From: a virus
DNA length: 64,000 nucleotides
Virus record (IMG/VR): IMGVR_UViG_3300025705_000581
Reading direction: 5' to 3' (one strand)
The translations under genes and the position numbers were made by a program. The notes below the pieces were generated by a model that was not told the DNA's origin, did no database searches, and was given only the letters and a program-made list of their open reading frames with translations. Shown here one piece after another: positions 18,601-29,800 of this stretch (position 1 is the first letter of the stretch; every line of letters begins with the position of its first letter).

Positions 18601-20422
18601 CTTGAGCGCCTTGAAAACCTTGAGTACCTTGGAAACCGGTAAATCCTTGAATACCAATAGTACCTTGTGGACCTTGAACACCTTGGTTACCTTTATCACC
18701 GTATGGGATAAAATCAATAATTGCAGTATCACCAAATGATGCTACCGCACCTGTATTCCAACTTGTACCTGGTGAAATATCAGTTCCACCCAAAGTACTT
18801 CGGTCAACATAGGTAATATCAAAGTGTCCCCAGTCAGTTGGACCTGAGTCCCAAGTCCAATTCGTGAAGTTATAGATTAGGAATTCGTAATTACCGTTTC
18901 CTACATTCTTTGGTGTTCTAATAAAGATAGAACCTTTTGGAACACTTGTAAGTGTTTGAAGGAAATCAAACAATCCATCTACTCGGCGACCTGTATGCGT
19001 GAGGTCATCAATATACAACTTATCAGCTTGAGTAACATCAGCGTTATTAAGTAACCAACCGTTTAATCCCGGAAAACCTTCAGTTGTTGATGAATTGAAA
19101 TCCCACTCAAATGTTAGACCACCACTATAACCGATTTCACCTTGTGCTCCATATCTACCTTGAACACCTTGGTAACCTTGTGTACCCTGCATCCCTTGCG
19201 GACCTTGTAAACCTTGTGCTCCTTGAAACCCGGTAAATCCTTGAAACCCAGTTGTACCTTGGAAACCTTGAACACCTCGGTCACCTGATTGACTAAATGC
19301 TACAACACAAGGATCAGAAATATAAGTTCCTGGGTTACCTGAGTCTTCATAAACGAAATCTTCTTTGTCACCATTACCACTTACGTAAGAAGCAGTAAGT
19401 GTCCAATAAGAACCAACCTCAGTCATACCTGTGATTGCAAATATAGCATATGTAGATGGAGTGTCACGCAAAGTAACTTTCATATACGCCTTAGTAGCTG
19501 AGGAAGCTTGATTAATTGCAGTAAACAATGCTTCTAGGCTAATATTAAATGAGTCATTTTCACTCATCCAAATTGTACTTACACCAGTAAGAGCACCTGT
19601 ATCACCAGCTGGGCTATTGAATACCATAAATCCACTTGCTGGCGCAGGCGAGTTTGACGTTAGATGCGAAACATTATATTGAACAATATTTCCCGAGTCG
19701 GTACCGTTAAAGCCTTGAGTACCTTGGAAACCAAGATCACCTTGGATACCTGTTGTACCTTGAATTGACTGCGGTCCTTGAACACCTTGTGGACCTTGGA
19801 CTCCTTGTAATCCTTGCGGACCTTGAACGCCTTGGTCACCTTGCAACCCTTGTGGTCCTTGAACACCTTGCAATCCTTGGACGCCTTGTGTGCCTTGATA
19901 ACCTTGTGCACCTTGGAAACCACGATAACCGCGTGATCCTTGAATACCTTCTTGTCCTTGGTCGCCTTGTAAACCTTGGTCACCTTGAACACCTTGGAAA
20001 CCCTGAACACCACGGAATGAGCCAATGTTAACCCAATTCGTTCCGTCCCAAATCCAAAGTTCATCATCTGCTTCGTCAATTACACCTTCACCGATATTTG
20101 GTGTTGGGAATGCTGTAGTAAGTGTTAGTTGTGGATTACCGCCTGCATCTACATCAGCAACTGATCCTAAGATTGTAAACCCTGGACCGTAATCACCTTG
20201 AATACCTACGTCACCTTGAATACCAGTAAATCCTGTAGTACCTTGTGGTCCTGTACCCATATCTTGCCATACAGTACCATTTGAATACTTCATTGTGCCG
20301 TTGTCGGCATATACAATAGATCCTTCAAACGGTGCTGGATCTAACCCTATCGGAAATGCTTGTGGAATACCATGACCGAGGGTAACGGTCCTAGCTCGCA
20401 TTGACTTGAACCTAGTCGACAT
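15677..20422 (-). CDS. Collagen-like tail fibre, 1581 aa, with Gly-X-Gln helices, globular inserts (one cupredoxin-like) and C-terminal peptidase S74 chaperone
   Basis: Long G-X-Q triplet runs; GHPF...YQCSIHSGM motif; C-terminal QSDVRTKTNIETITNALNKVLSMRGVTY...GVIAQEVEEILPEVI...VAYGNIVGLLIEAIKDL. Confidence 0.9.
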   Translation of the reverse strand: MSTRFKSMRARTVTLGHGIPQAFPIGLDPAPFEGSIVYADNGTMKYSNGTVWQDMGTGPQGTTGFTGIQGDVGIQGDYGPGFTILGSVADVDAGGNPQLTLTTAFPTPNIGEGVIDEADDELWIWDGTNWVNIGSFRGVQGFQGVQGDQGLQGDQGQEGIQGSRGYRGFQGAQGYQGTQGVQGLQGVQGPQGLQGDQGVQGPQGLQGVQGPQGVQGPQSIQGTTGIQGDLGFQGTQGFNGTDSGNIVQYNVSHLTSNSPAPASGFMVFNSPAGDTGALTGVSTIWMSENDSFNISLEALFTAINQASSATKAYMKVTLRDTPSTYAIFAITGMTEVGSYWTLTASYVSGNGDKEDFVYEDSGNPGTYISDPCVVAFSQSGDRGVQGFQGTTGFQGFTGFQGAQGLQGPQGMQGTQGYQGVQGRYGAQGEIGYSGGLTFEWDFNSSTTEGFPGLNGWLLNNADVTQADKLYIDDLTHTGRRVDGLFDFLQTLTSVPKGSIFIRTPKNVGNGNYEFLIYNFTNWTWDSGPTDWGHFDITYVDRSTLGGTDISPGTSWNTGAVASFGDTAIIDFIPYGDKGNQGVQGPQGTIGIQGFTGFQGTQGFQGAQGTQGIQGTQGWQGTQGFQGTLGIQGDEGSQGTQGFQGAQGTQGFQGDQGTQGFQGFQGVQGMEGGREFVVTNTGSTSYEVDGVTQPNLHLLRGFTYTFDLNVSGHPFKIRTGAGGSDYTNGITIVGNDETGRLIFRVPFNAPATLVYQCSIHSGMIGNIFTSEVGPQGTQGLQGDQGVQGPQGLQGVQGPQGTQGWQGTQGWQGTQGDLGNQGTQGPQSIQGTTGIQGDLGPAGEFGGMTLDYTFSTATDTSDPGVGLLKFNAANIAAATEMRIDDRDDTFTDVQAFLRTTDEPTSAVKGFFRVIDGTTTSNYVAFRINDVIERSGYFEYDCTFLTGSVTSFGNNSDVRITFARTGDQGEQGLQGAQGTQGPQGTQGFTGAVGLQGIQGPQGLQGDAGEEGAQGTAGDGNQGAQGPQGPQGTTGQDGATGGDGFQGTQGLQGTQGFQGDLGFQGFQGAGGVGSAGSQGTQGAQGLQGDQGVQGEVGPAGFGAQGIQGTQGFTGAQGETGTGIQGTQGIQGIGAQGTFGGDGPQGIQGVQGNQGFGIQGTQGFQGVDGQGADGTQGAQGYQGVQGISGEEGQGGLQGTQGIIGDDGIQGPGGEGNQGIQGIQGGPGIQGEGGGGGSQGIQGYQGIQSVQGPQGLSGGGGTQGMQGVQGGPGDDGLQGFTGAGTQGVQGVQGFQGGPGPQGIQGVGQDGIQGNQGPQGPQGIIGADGVQGMQGIQGDADAQAIETNDLYGTALQGSPLFLTMTQAGGGAQPLYATLSPNPGGDSNFFYTGTNDELTVENLNVDGNLVVTGTLNGGSGDFLEASVSDVKTGGELRFQNDLQLAFGSSIGGAFAYASADAEVTLNMDTGIDYTIRDNGTLRFTFAMGTGNFTSTGDINAQSDVRTKTNIETITNALNKVLSMRGVTYERKAALGKVKLGVIAQEVEEILPEVINTTDDGMKAVAYGNIVGLLIEAIKDLKEEVDNLNQ
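16430..17535 (-). repeat. 9-bp-period coding repeat (longest collagen segment)
   Basis: Tandem (a)ccttg-nnn units on the + strand encoding G-X-Q; shorter runs at about 17905-18110, 18415-18700, 19130-19290, 19700-20010 and 20190-20260. Confidence 0.9.
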
Positions 20423-20867
20423 CGTATTCCTCCGCTTGGCCTAACGTGAATGATAGGGTTGCATCTAATGTTGTGTTAGCACTTGATTTAACTTCTAACG
20501 TATCACCCGAGGCAAAGAATTGACCATTAAGTGGTATTGGTATTGTATCGTATCCAGGTACAGGCATTTGTCGCACGAGATAATATTCTGCGTTTTCAAC
20601 AAAACGATAAACTTTAACATCAACACTTGCTGTTGTATTAGTTTTGTTGGCAATAATGAGTGGGGAAATAACCTCACCTACTCCTGGCTCAATTGTTGTT
20701 GAACCACCAAATACAAGTTCAGGTACTTTAAATTGAGGTACCGTAATAACTTCTTGCCAATTCGTAGATAGTTCTAAATTTTTACCGACGGGCAATGCGT
20801 CAGGTGCTTGAGTAGTCACAACAATTGTGATACCAGTGTTTGAGTCGACGTATGATTCTACTGCCAT
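20412..20867 (-). CDS. Small virion protein, 151 aa, function unknown
   Basis: ORF with AGGA SD, overlaps the collagen start; beta-rich (IIANKTNTTASVDVKV...GDTLEVKSS...LDATLSF). Confidence 0.75.
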   Translation of the reverse strand: MAVESYVDSNTGITIVVTTQAPDALPVGKNLELSTNWQEVITVPQFKVPELVFGGSTTIEPGVGEVISPLIIANKTNTTASVDVKVYRFVENAEYYLVRQMPVPGYDTIPIPLNGQFFASGDTLEVKSSANTTLDATLSFTLGQAEEYDVD

Positions 20868-20880
20868 TTTTATATTTCCT

Positions 20881-23800
20881 TTATACTACAGCTCGGCTGT
20901 TAGATGCTCGTCTTGCAAGTTTACGAACCGATGATGTAAACGGACGGCCTTCAATTCGACCTGTTCTACCGTTAATTCTCAATCCTCTTGCAAAGTATTG
21001 GTTGTTAAGTTCGTCTGCACCTGACCAACGAACCCTGCCGCCATCTTCTGACAGTACAGATGCAATAGCAGAGATCGGCAAGCCGAGGTTTCTAAAGTTA
21101 ATTGGAAGCGCATTTCTGTTAACACCTGCCGAAGCACCATTAAACTGGTGAGCAATTGATTCAACAAGTGAACCAAAGGTCAATACACTCGGTCTTAGGA
21201 CAGACGCACGAAGAACATCATCAAACAAACCATCAATCATTGCGTCGTGGTTTATATCAGGTGTGTAATTCGTTTTAATAAATGTTTTCATTCTTGTCCA
21301 TGCCTGATAGAATGATACAAGTAGATCCACGTTATTTGCTCCATCTGTTTGCCATGCTGTTCCGTCCCAATAGTAAATAGTACCGTCATACCTATTTCCG
21401 GCATAATCCGTTGATACTATATATGCGTGATTTGGTTTTTGTCCAGTGACATTACCAAGTGCGCCCAATCCGTTCAGTGTACCTTGGAAACTTAATCCTG
21501 GTGTTGTTGGATTGAATACTGGGAACACGTGCTTACCATTGTAATCGAAGAATGCTGCTGCATATGTTCTCGTGGATGTTTGACTTCCATCTTGATTTGT
21601 GACAACATTTTGGAATTTAAAGTCATTTGCCAATGATTGTAACAAGTTAGTTGCGTCACGGCGAGTCAAGTTAATGTCGAAGAATTTATAATTCTGTCCA
21701 ACAAATCTTACAGTCTCAACAGACAATTTCTTTCTGTTGGCTTTAAGGATTTCTCGAGCAAATTTAAACACTTTATTATCTTCCCATTCAAAGTCAGGTA
21801 GGATTGTTGGTCCAAAGTCTTTTTCATCTTTGTTTAGGAACGAGCGATAATAGATATCGGCAAGGTCATAAACGTGTTGTGCTTCAACTGCTGTTGTTGA
21901 CTCACCTTTAATAGAAACACCTGGTAGTGTTTCAAGAAGTGCGTCACGAGCAATCTCACCTAATTTACGGTATGCTTTTGCAGTTGGCACACGTTGATCT
22001 TCTGGGATACGATATACGTTGTTCCAGAAGTAGAATGCCGCATTCCATTTAGAAGCAGATGTTCCACCGTAGTTTAGGTCATATGCAAATGCGTCAACAA
22101 GATATCCTGCATCTCGGCGACACTTAACTTTGTTATAATCCAATACATTATAAGTAGTATTTATCCAATTTGTTACATCGTCTGCGAGGATATCCAAATT
22201 ATCATCAATTTCTTTACCCGCCCAAACAAGGCTGTTATCAATCCATGAAGTATCAGGTTCAATGATTTCAGGTATACCGTCAATGCTATCACGGCGGATT
22301 GCATCTTCAATAATACGGATCATATCGGCAACATATTCACCTTCAACCGCAGTTGCTGGTGCACCTGATATATCTTGTGCTTGTCTTGTAACAATTGCTT
22401 TTCTGATTGCACCTTCTGTTGCTGATACAAATGTATGAGCTTTATCAACACCTGCCGGTCCGGCATTCATTGTAATTGTGGTACCGTCAACAAATTCAAC
22501 TCTACATGGTTTACCATCTGCCCATTCATCACCGCCAACACGTGGGTGTGAAATATTAATTGGTGTAGGATCAACGTCTGATGTTGGGCAAGAGAATGTA
22601 ATGCCCAAGTTATCAAATGTTACGAAGTCACCTGCTTCAATGTTATGAGAACCGATTGTTGCTGTCATCATACCAGTAAGTGGATCATAATCTACACCTG
22701 TTGGAGTGTAACCGTAATTGGTTGGTGTTTGCTCCTGAACAACTGCTGATACTAAATCTGCCATTACAGTATATAGATCTGCGGTTTGCTGACGTTGGTC
22801 ATATGGCAGTACGCTTGTTGCATTTCTAAAGTAGAACTGTGCAGATTGTACCGATGCAAAGTTGGTTGTGTAGTTAACGTCATGCGATATAGCATCTACA
22901 AGGATACCAATGTCACGGCGACATTTCTGTTTCGGATAACTAATACCATTCCAATTGTTTGTGATATAATTAATAACCGATGTTGCAAGAGCAGGAATTG
23001 AATCTTCAATTGCTTCTTTTGCTGTGATAAGATCAGATTGGATCCAATTTGTAAATGGTGGAACCTCTAATGGAATACCTTTCTCATCATTATCATCTGC
23101 AATATTTGCAACAATCCATGCCAAGTTTTTAGCTTCGGTTGCAATTGTTCTTCTTGCTGCAAGATGAGATGTATCTTGTTTGATAAGGTTTCCTGTTACT
23201 TGTGAAACCGCATTTGGTAATGCTGATACGAATGTATGAGCACCACCTGCAGCAGGACCAACATTAACAGTAATAGTTGTTGATGATGTTGCAAGTACAG
23301 GAATTGCACGGAGGTATGCAGGATGGTGCGGTTGTGGTGCCGCGTGGTTTGTTGTGTTTCCATCCATGTCACAAGTAAATGTCATACCATCCTCAGTTAG
23401 CATAACATGGTCATTAGTTGTTAACTCATGCTGACCAATTGTGATTACAATTTCACCAGTTACGTTATCGTATGCTGCAGTTGTTGGTGTATATTTTGCA
23501 CCAAATTCAACAGGTACCAATTCATTTCTTGTTACGTGCTCAACGATTTCACCGAGGCGAGTAAATGCCATTCTTGTTGCATCACGTTGATCTGTTGGTA
23601 ATAGGTTAACTGCATTTTTGAAATACAATCCTGCGGCATTTACCATTGCTGAATTACCACCGTATTGAATATCGTGGCAAATTGCATCAAGGATATAACC
23701 TGTATCACGGAAACAACGGTCACGGTCATACTCGAGGTAGTTGAATGTTGTTTTTAGATAATCAGTAATTGTTGATTGTAATGCGTCTTTTCTTGAACCA

Positions 23801-26800
23801 ATCAATGCTGCTTCAGTTTCATAACCGTAAGATGCAGCACCAACTGCTCCTGCGAATACTTCAATATCATCTGGCATATCAACCAATGAGTCGGCAGCAA
23901 TTACAGTTGCAATAATTTCCCAAAGATCTTGCATATCATTTCCGATTGCCGCAGCAACAGGACCGAATACTTTATTTTGGATTACAGTGTTACCTGCTGA
24001 TGGTGTAACATCAATCTTAAGGATCAAGCTGCGAGAAACATCACCGAGGTGTGTATATAATGCAGCAGTAGGTGCACGTTGATCTGCGGACAATGTTGAT
24101 AGTCCGTTTTCAAAGTACAATTTAGCAACATCAAGCATAGCAGTATTAGTTACGTGCTGAATGTCATATGATGCAGCATCAGCCATGATACCGGTATCTC
24201 TTTCACATTTAGCAGTATCGTATACCAATGATGGGTAATTAACTGCAACCCATGCTGTTGCTTCAGCCTGTAAGAATGCGCGGTTCAATTGTAATGCTTG
24301 TCTTGCATTTATATTATTTGACCCACGGTTTCCTGTACCGTAATCATAGTTTGTACCGTCAGGTGTGTAATCGTTTACCATTGCGGTAATAATATTACTG
24401 AAGGAATTCTGAGCTCTTTCTAATGCCACACCAGTCAATCTTGACTCAATGTCTTTTTGTATATATTGAATTCCTTCAATTGTTTCGGCAAGTTGGTCTT
24501 CGATAACCTTATCAGCGCCTACAGTACCAATGCGGTACGATTTGCCTACGTACTTACCATTATAGTTTGAACCTGTTTGAACATCTCTTCTAACTGCGTC
24601 AAGGATAAATCCTGCATCACGAGCGCATTTGTTTTCATCAAATGTATAGAATTCGTCATCAATATAGTTAACGATTTCATTTTGAATAAACTCACGGTTC
24701 ATGGCAAGTGATTGTCTTGCGTATGTTCTTGATGGTTCCATCAATGGTGATGATGTAACCGCAGGTATTTTGCTAGGTGAGAAATCATCAACTGTTTGTG
24801 CGATAATTTCAACAAGATTATGGGCACGAGAACCAGTTGCAACATCCGCCGCTGGGATAGATGTTGTATCTTGTACTCTTACATTACCTGTTGTCGCTGT
24901 TACAGTGATAGCACGAGAAACTTCATCAATAACATCAGCAAGGTGTTGATATGCTAATCTTGTCGGTCCTCTTTGCTCAGGTGGTAATGTATTAACTGCA
25001 CCAAGGAAGTAATAATTTGCAGAATGTACTGTCGCGGCATCTCCGCCGTATTCCAAATCTTCGGTGATTGCGTCAACAATGTAACCAATATCACGGTAAC
25101 ATTTAGCTTCGTTATATGCAAGACCTGAATATGTCACAGCAATCAGATCAATGATTTCTGTTTGATATTTTGGTTTTGATCCACCAATCAATCTTGCTTC
25201 TGATATGATTGTTGTGCCATATGCCGATGTTGGTTTTGGCTCAATAACTGTAGGAACAGTGCCATCGTTATTTCTGATTGTTTGGCCTACACCATCAAAC
25301 AGATTAACTACTGAACTTGATACCGTCGGTGCAAGTGATCTTCTAATACCGTTTGCTGTCGCTGATACAAAAGTATGTACCTTATCAACCTTAGCGTCAC
25401 CGACCTGCATTGTAATAGTTGTTGCAGTTACAGCATCAATTCTAACTGGTTTGTTAAAGATTGGATCAGTTGGGCGTGGGTGTGAGATATTAATTGGTGT
25501 TGCATCAGTTGGTGATGTTGGGCAAGATAGTGTGATTGCGTTCTCATCAAAGATAACATAATCGCCAACACTAAATCTGTGTCTATCACCAAGAGTAACT
25601 TCCATTACACCTGTCATATGAGCATATGCAACATTAGTTGCTGTATATGCCTCGGCAACATTTGCTCGGCGGATACAATCAGCATCAGCAGATACGAATG
25701 TGTGAGCACCAGTATAACCATTTGCTGCACCGGCATTTACAGTAATTGTAGTTGCATCGGCAGCAGTAATGATATATTGTTTACGTAGGTTAGGATCCGC
25801 AGCATTTGGATGTGAGTCTGTTCCACCGCCACCGAAGCCACAGCTGAATGTGATTGATTCAGGATCAATTGTAATTCTATCACCGACAACAAAATTATGA
25901 GTACCAATTGTTGTTACCATGATACCGGTAACAGGATCATAAGTTGCAGTTGTTGGTGTATAAGTATCTTCATCAGTTTTAACTTGTGTAACAACTCCTT
26001 GAAGATTATCAACGTCTTCACCGCGAACAATTTGACCTGCGATTTTAGCAATGTGGTCATATACTTCTGATGTTGGTACGATTTCATCATCTGCCAAAAC
26101 AGGTAATGCATTTTCAAAATACAGTCTTGAATTATTTACAGTTGATGCAGTTGAACCGTGTTGGACATCCCAAGAAACAGTATCAACAAAGATACCAAGG
26201 TCACGCTCACAGGCAACAGCGTCATAAACAAATCCAGGATGGTTTGCTGTGATCCACGCAATTGCTTCTTTTTGGATGAATGATTTATTAAGTTGTAGGA
26301 TATGGCGTGCTGCAAACGCATCTTCTGATATTGATTGAATACCGAAGTCGATTACATCCGCGGCGGCATTACCGTTTGACATAATATCAATGATTTCATC
26401 AAATGCTGCATTAGAGCGAGCAATTGCTGTTGCATCAGTTAATACGTCAGTGTTAATTTTACCTTTGAGCCATGTAATAGCACCAACAGTTTCTGTTAAT
26501 TGGTTATTAACAACATTGTTAGCACCTACAGTACCAATGCGATAACCCATACCTGTGTAAACTGCGTTATTGTTTGAACCTGTCAAAACGTCACGCATTA
26601 CAGCGTTAAGGATATATCCTGTGTCGCGCATACATTTTTCTTTATCATAGATAAAGTAATTATCATTCAACCATGCAGTAATTTCTTCTTGAATAAAGGT
26701 TTTGTTTTTCTGCAATTGTCTTGCGGCATACTTACCTTTTTCAGATGAGCTTACTTTAATAATTGAACCTTCTTCAGCAGATACGAATGTATGAGTACCT

Positions 26801-29800
26801 GTATAACCACCCGCTGAGCCTGCATTGAATGTAATTGTAGTTGCATCCGCGGCGGTTACTTCTTGTGGGTGTTCGTACATCGGCTCACCGATACGTGGGT
26901 GATAGTCTGTTCCACCGCCATTAAATCCACAACTAAATGCGAAACTCAACGGTTTTGTTTGAACATTATCGCCTACTTCAATATCGTGTCCGGGGATTGT
27001 TACAACCATGTCACCTGTGTTAGGATTATATGTTGCGTCGGTTGGTGTGTAAGCTTTAACAAATTTTGCTGGGTCAGTAAAGTACAATGCGTGCCCATCA
27101 ATACAATCTTTTGTTGCCGATACGAATGTGTGCGTATTAGCATGCCCGTTAGCATTACCAACATTAACAGTAAATGTTGTTGAAGTTGTTTCTGTAATTC
27201 TTACAGGCTGATTATATGCTGGGTGACCTGGTAATGGTGCAGGATCTGTTCCTACAACACCGCCAACATCACAACTGAATACGATTGACTCAGGAGCAAT
27301 TGAAATCCATTGTCCTACAGGCAAATCATGCTGACCAATTGTTACAACCATTTCACCGTTTACAGGATCATATGTTGCATCTTGTGGTGTATATTTTCCT
27401 GTCCACATGCCATCTTCACGAATAGCATTTGTTGTTGCTGATACGAATGTATGAGCAGAAGTATCTTGTGATTTACCAACATTAACTGTAATAGTTGTTG
27501 CGGTTCTTGCACTGATTTCAACAGGGTTTTCGTATGCAGGATGCTGGCGTTCTGTTGTCAGACCATCGGCCAATGCTGATACGAATGTATGTACTCCGCC
27601 ACCATCTTCAACTGCACCGACATTCATTTTTAAAACAAAACCGTCAACTTCATCAATTGTTACAGGCTTATTAAAGAATGGGTGATGTGACTCAGGCGCG
27701 GCATGCTCGGTTACGTTATCATCAAGCTCACAAGTAAATGTTACGGCACCTGGTTTGAATGTTACAGTATCGCCTGCTTTCAATTGGTTAGCAGAAATTG
27801 TAACCGTGAACTCACCAGTTGATGGAACGTATGTTGCGGTTGATGGTGTCCATGTTTCAAATGTTGTTGATGGATACGCATGCTGTGAAGTGTTCCCATC
27901 AAGAGCACAGGTAAATACCATGCTGTTCTTTTCAATGCGGATTTTATCACCTACGGCAAAATCGTGAGCACCGATTGTAATTTCAACTACACCGGTTACA
28001 GGATTATACGCTGCATTAGTTGGTGTGTATTTTTTACCATTATTATTCAACAGTGCAACCATTTGGTCAAACGATGTGTTAACTCTATCAACTGCAAGTG
28101 TGTTACCTGTTACTGTGTTTGCAGTTTCAGATTTCATATGGTTGATTGAAGCAACAGTTTGCTCAAGTTGTTTTGTAACACTTACTTCGCCTGATTTAGA
28201 ACGGTAAGCAATACCTGTTTGATATGCGTTAAAGTTTGTACCTAACAACAAATCTCTTTGAACGGCAGGCATGATATATTCTTTAGTATCTCTTTCACAC
28301 TTTTTGCTGTCATAGAAATACCATTGATTTTCTGCCCATCCTTCCATGTAATCCTGGATGAATTCTTTGTTTGCTTGCAATTGCTTACGAGCATTACGTT
28401 TATCAGCAGGGATACCAGCATCATCAGAGAATGTTAATGCTTCACCTAATACGGATACAGATGATGGTTTTGCCGATACGAATGTATGAGCAAAGTTAGC
28501 ACCTGTTGTGCCTGCATTGATTGTAATAGTCTTTGCTGAAACTTCATCAATTGGTATAGCACGGCGGTAGTTAAATGTATCACTCTTACGTGGGTGAGAG
28601 ATTTCTAACTTGTTACCATCACTATCACAAGTGAATGTAAATGCTTCATCAGCAATTGTTACGAACTGACCTTTTTGCAAAGTATGGGCACCGATTGTGA
28701 TAACCATTCTTCCTGTATCAGGTTCGTATGTTGCTTTTGTTGGGTTGAATTTTTCAGTTCTTGTATTATCAAGAATATCAATAATTGTGCTCATTCTATC
28801 GTATGATCTTTCTGCCATGATTGCAGAGTTTGCTTCGACAAGATCATCGGTAATTTTGCGTAATCTTTCAAATGATCCAACAGTTTCTTCACGTTGATTT
28901 TCAACAACTGTTTGACCTTGTTTAGAATAATATGCCTGTCCTGCAACTACTGAGTTGTAGTTTGTATCAAGCAATGAGTCCCACTTAACAGCAGGTAGAA
29001 TATATTCTTGAATATCGCGGCGACATTTAGCACTATCGTATGAGAAGAATTCATCGTTATTATCAATCCATTCAACCATTCCATCAATAATAAGTTCACG
29101 GTTGTCTTGGATGATTTCACGAGCAGCTGTTCTTGCAACATTACCTGTATCTGTAAAGAATAGGTCAGATGCATATGACTCGCCATTCTCAAGAATGTTT
29201 AATGTCTCATCAAGTGAAACATTGGCACGAGTATTAACTGCTGCTTCTGAATTACTAAACAATCTGTTAATTTCTGATTTCAAATGTTCGTTGGCACCGA
29301 GAGTTTCAGTCAACTGCTCATTTTTAACAACATATGAAATTGGGCTTGAATAAGCAATGCCGTTTAATCGACCCCAATAGTTTGTATTGAGTGCAATGTC
29401 ATATCCAACACTATCAATGATAATTCCTGTGTCTCGTTTACATTTTTCAGCGTCATAACCTTGATAACCCAAACCACCTTGTGATATTGGTGTTGTCAAA
29501 TAACCAACCATGTCTTCAATAATGTCTTGCTTATTATCCATAAGGGTATCGGCAAATACAGTGTTAGAGAATAGTAATGTGTCATCCATTTGAGATGGTG
29601 TAAACACTTGAGTTGAACCTTTAGCTCTCATCGAAATGTCACCAAACTGAGTACCTGAGTTGTTGAGGGTCATTTGACCGCCGTTCAGCGCATAGAATGC
29701 TGTACGAACAAAGATTGACAACGAACCAATACCGTTAACACCAGCACCGTCTCTTGCAACATAACCCATACCGTTTTGAGTACGTGGTGTGAAACCAAAA

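Noticed and set aside
16351-20079. Long KVLKVFKV-type (minus) and TLNTLxTL-type (plus) ORFs of up to 194 aa
   Set aside because: By-products of the 9-bp collagen periodicity, which leaves other frames stop-free; no independent starts
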